Shown here: positions 61,291 to 64,000 of the stretch, piece after piece | How the letters are laid out: each line of letters starts with the position of its first letter | Position numbering within the stretch: the stretch's first letter is position 1 | NCBI GenBank assembly: GCA_965644295.1 | Contig: CBFFRP010000298.1 | Coordinates: 625,505 to 689,504 of the forward strand | Direction of reading: 5' to 3' | Length of the DNA stretch: 64,000 bases | Origin: Paraphysomonas bandaiensis | Taxonomy: Eukaryota; Protista; Chrysophyceae | The notes under the pieces: model-generated | What the model was told of the DNA's origin: nothing | Database searches by the model: none | What the model saw: only the letters and a program-made list of their open reading frames with translations | Translations under genes and position numbers: made by a program

Positions 61291-62207
61291 TGCCCCATTC
61301 TGAGAGCGTGCCCTAGTGAAGTGTTAGTGTTGACTAAGCTAAGTAACGTATAGATTATTAATAAAAATCTCAGCGTATTATTCGTGTGTTGGCATCAAGA
61401 AAGCTCTAGCTAGATCTACACTATACCTGCATAGCCTATATGAGATTACGAGAAACCCCGCGCATTCTAGAGGAGGGGGGGGTGGTCATGTCACACTAGA
61501 CCTATACTGAGTCATGCATGGTCACGAGAATCCCCGCGTAACCTTTGTTAGGTAATAATGGGAAGGTACACATGCTCCTACTAGAATCTGCGCGAATTGC
61601 ATATATAAAAGTCATGCATAGTGATGAGAAATCCCGCGTAATCTCAGAAAAGGTTAACACAGGTTGGGGGGAACAACAGAATCTGCACGTGATCTATGTG
61701 GTTAGCTACGTTGGTACACGGGTGGGTGGGTAGTAGAATCAGTGCTATATCTCGGTGTTTTAGGTGGAGCACCAGTCAGCCTACACTATGGCCACGCCCT
61801 CGGAATGGGGCAATTATCAATACACACTTCTCGACGGTTTATCAACGTATCCGGCAATAAATTTCACAAACTCAACTTTGTTATTATCACATCTTTTAGA
61901 GTAATTGATCTCTCATATGTACCTTGTTAATCTAAGGGGCTCACACTCATCATAACACTGAATTTGATAGGAAAGCAATTACAATCTAAGAAGCAAGTTG
62001 GGCTCCTCTTGTTATTTGCTAGCTACTGAACCCAACTAGCTACATCATTATCACACGGTATTTAGCGCTGAATATTCAGTGAGAACCCGGGTCGGGAAGC
62101 GCTGAACTAAGCAATGTGTACATAGGTAGAGGTGTGCGGTCGCAACACTCAGCCGCACACACTAGAGGGCCGCATGCAGTGATTAGTTACGCTGTCAGTA
62201 TGGGGCA
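61291..62207. mobile_element. MITE-like element, 917 bp, 19-bp imperfect TIRs
   Basis: TGCCCCATTCTGAGAGCGT pairs with ACGCTGTCAGTATGGGGCA (62189-62207, 2 mismatches). Internal AGAA(A/T)C(C/T)(C/G)CGCG-type subrepeats. No clear TSD. Confidence 0.7.
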
Positions 62208-62524
62208 TCATCCATAATAGCACGCTCTATTGGTAACCGAGTGTGATTATGTTGTATGAAGCCATTTTGTAGAATATGACTGTGAAAAGGTGGATATGGT
62301 GTGTGTATTATGGTGGCTGGTACACACTGCTGTATATGATCCTCATAATAATGATGTGTGCCTTTTTTACGGAAATTTTTTAAATCGGGTTTTTGAGGTC
62401 TAGAAAATGGGGATATTATATTCCATGGGTCTAAAATGGGCATTTTATTGGGTGCCATCAGGGTATGCCAGTAGTCTCTGATGTTCATTCTCTTGACAGA
62501 TATAAGAACTAACAACTTAATAGT

Positions 62525-63631
62525 ATGGATGATATTGAGACCCAATCCTCTGGGAGTAGAAAATCTGGAAAGGGTCGCTGTGGTGGCTTCTCCCAATTTC
62601 GATCTTCGATTGTATTTTCAAACATATTTCCGCATGTTCGGATATGTCATCCATCGCTATCGCCGCGTGTACAGTTAGATAATAACGCATTTGATTATTT
62701 TATGAATCGCTTTATTCCTTTGGAGATTAGATTTGATAGTTGTGTAGTCAAACGAAATGAGAAAGCAATGTACTTTCTAGTGTATGAATTGCTATCGCTG
62801 GTCGCAACTTTTGATAAAGTTAAATCTGAGGGTGCCGCAATTTCAATACGATTCGACGATGATGACGATTATGATGGTGGCAAAGTAGATATTGCAGATG
62901 TTTCTGCATATGTGCATCATGAAATGCAGTTGTCAAATGAGTCGAAGACTGCCAACGGACCTGTGGAATTTGTGACGTCTTATCAAAGACCATCGAAACC
63001 AGATGGTGTAATCACATCAGTGATAGAAGTGAAGCATAAGCTGATATCATCAGAATCAATATTTGATTCATATGAAAATAATGAAATATATCAGTTCTAT
63101 GCACAGCTTAGTGTGAGTGTGGAAAATAATCGATTGAAAGGTTCATTTGAAGATGTGTGGGGGGCTTACACGGATGGATACACATGGATATTTGCATGTG
63201 CGAAGTCTAAAGGAGCTGATTTGATGTCCGGCATTGATATTGAGTTGGCTGAACCACTGATGTTTCATATGAATCACAAAGCCACATTTAATTCCAAGGT
63301 GGTTGTGGAATATCTATTCAGTGCCATATTTCCGAATTTATCTGGAACAATTACAGAAGAGAAAATGCAAGCATCTTATTCTATGTTTGATAGTTATATA
63401 GCTGGTAAGATAACGTCATTTTTTGATGCATTGGAGAAACAGCGGGAACAGGAGCGAACCATTGAACGTTTGCATAGCACACTTGCAGAGAAGGATAGCA
63501 AACTGGCAGAGAAGGATAGCAAACTGGCAGAGAAGGATACCAAACTGGCAGAGAAGGATAGCATACTTGCAGAGAAGGAAAAGGAGATAACAGAGTTGAG
63601 GGCTAGTCTTCTGAGAATGGGTAAGATATAG
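62525..63631 (+). CDS. Intronless PD-(D/E)XK (REase-fold) nuclease-like protein, Crinkler-type, with C-terminal heptad coiled coil
   Basis: NEKA..GKVDI..SVIEVK..QFYAQL..VWGAYTDGYTWIF is the typical E/D/ExK/Q/TDG..W.F pattern, followed by LAEKDSK repeats. Confidence 0.72.
   Translation: MDDIETQSSGSRKSGKGRCGGFSQFRSSIVFSNIFPHVRICHPSLSPRVQLDNNAFDYFMNRFIPLEIRFDSCVVKRNEKAMYFLVYELLSLVATFDKVKSEGAAISIRFDDDDDYDGGKVDIADVSAYVHHEMQLSNESKTANGPVEFVTSYQRPSKPDGVITSVIEVKHKLISSESIFDSYENNEIYQFYAQLSVSVENNRLKGSFEDVWGAYTDGYTWIFACAKSKGADLMSGIDIELAEPLMFHMNHKATFNSKVVVEYLFSAIFPNLSGTITEEKMQASYSMFDSYIAGKITSFFDALEKQREQERTIERLHSTLAEKDSKLAEKDSKLAEKDTKLAEKDSILAEKEKEITELRASLLRMGKI
63482..63580 (+). repeat. 21-bp coding tandem repeat, ~4.7 units (LAEKDSK)
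   Basis: Directly visible. Confidence 0.95.
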
Positions 63632-63672
63632 CATTTATTTTAGTAATGTGTTTCGTTTTAGTAGTTTATTTT

Positions 63673-63995
63673 TGCCCCATTCTGAGAGCGTACCCTAGTG
63701 AAGTGTTAGTGTTGACTAAGCTAAGTAACGTATAGATTATTAATAAAAATCTCAGCGTATTATTCGTGTGTTGGCATCAAGAAAGCTCTAGCTAGATCTA
63801 CACTATACCTGCATAGCCTATATGAGATTACGAGAAACCCCGCGCATTCTAGAGGAGGGGGGGGTGGTCATGTCACACTAGACCTATACTGAGTCATGCA
63901 TGGTCACGAGAATCCCCGCGTAACCTTTGTTAGGTAATAATGGGAAGGTACACATGCTCCTACTAGAATCTGCGCGAATTGCATATATAAAAGTC
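63673..63995 (+). mobile_element. Second copy of the MITE left part, nearly identical to 61291-61613
   Basis: 323-bp direct repeat with about one substitution. Similarity stops at 63995, five bases before the window end. Confidence 0.9.
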
Positions 63996-64000
63996 CGCCG

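Overview
Gene-dense eukaryotic DNA with short (~45-60 nt) GT-AG introns. A CFAP97-like gene and a MORN-repeat gene suggest a flagellated protist, and a stramenopile is my inference, not something the sequence proves. The main feature is a ~17 kb, 8-exon gene for a ~5,500-aa RNF213/mysterin-like AAA+ protein. It keeps the AAA core and the C-terminal region, but I see no RING and no canonical RZ zinc finger. It does retain a 'DCG...H' motif where the RNF213 RZ catalytic Cys lies. Other genes: a multi-TM hybrid histidine kinase, an atypical aldo-keto reductase, a PKG-like gene missing its HRD/DFG core, Enhancer of polycomb, aspartate carbamoyltransferase, an inverted pair of non-specific phospholipase C genes with patchy gene conversion, AdoMet decarboxylase with a leader intron and uORFs, beta-adaptin (AP-4-like), and an intronless PD-(D/E)XK nuclease with a heptad tail lying between two copies of a MITE. 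Mobile DNA includes a deleted hAT element with an 8-bp TSD, a CAC-ended TIR element between the phospholipases, a ~590-bp (ATGT)n tract, and an unclassified interspersed repeat (8 copies) with a hairpin core that is micro-inverted in one copy. All homology calls come from recalled motifs; no searches were run.
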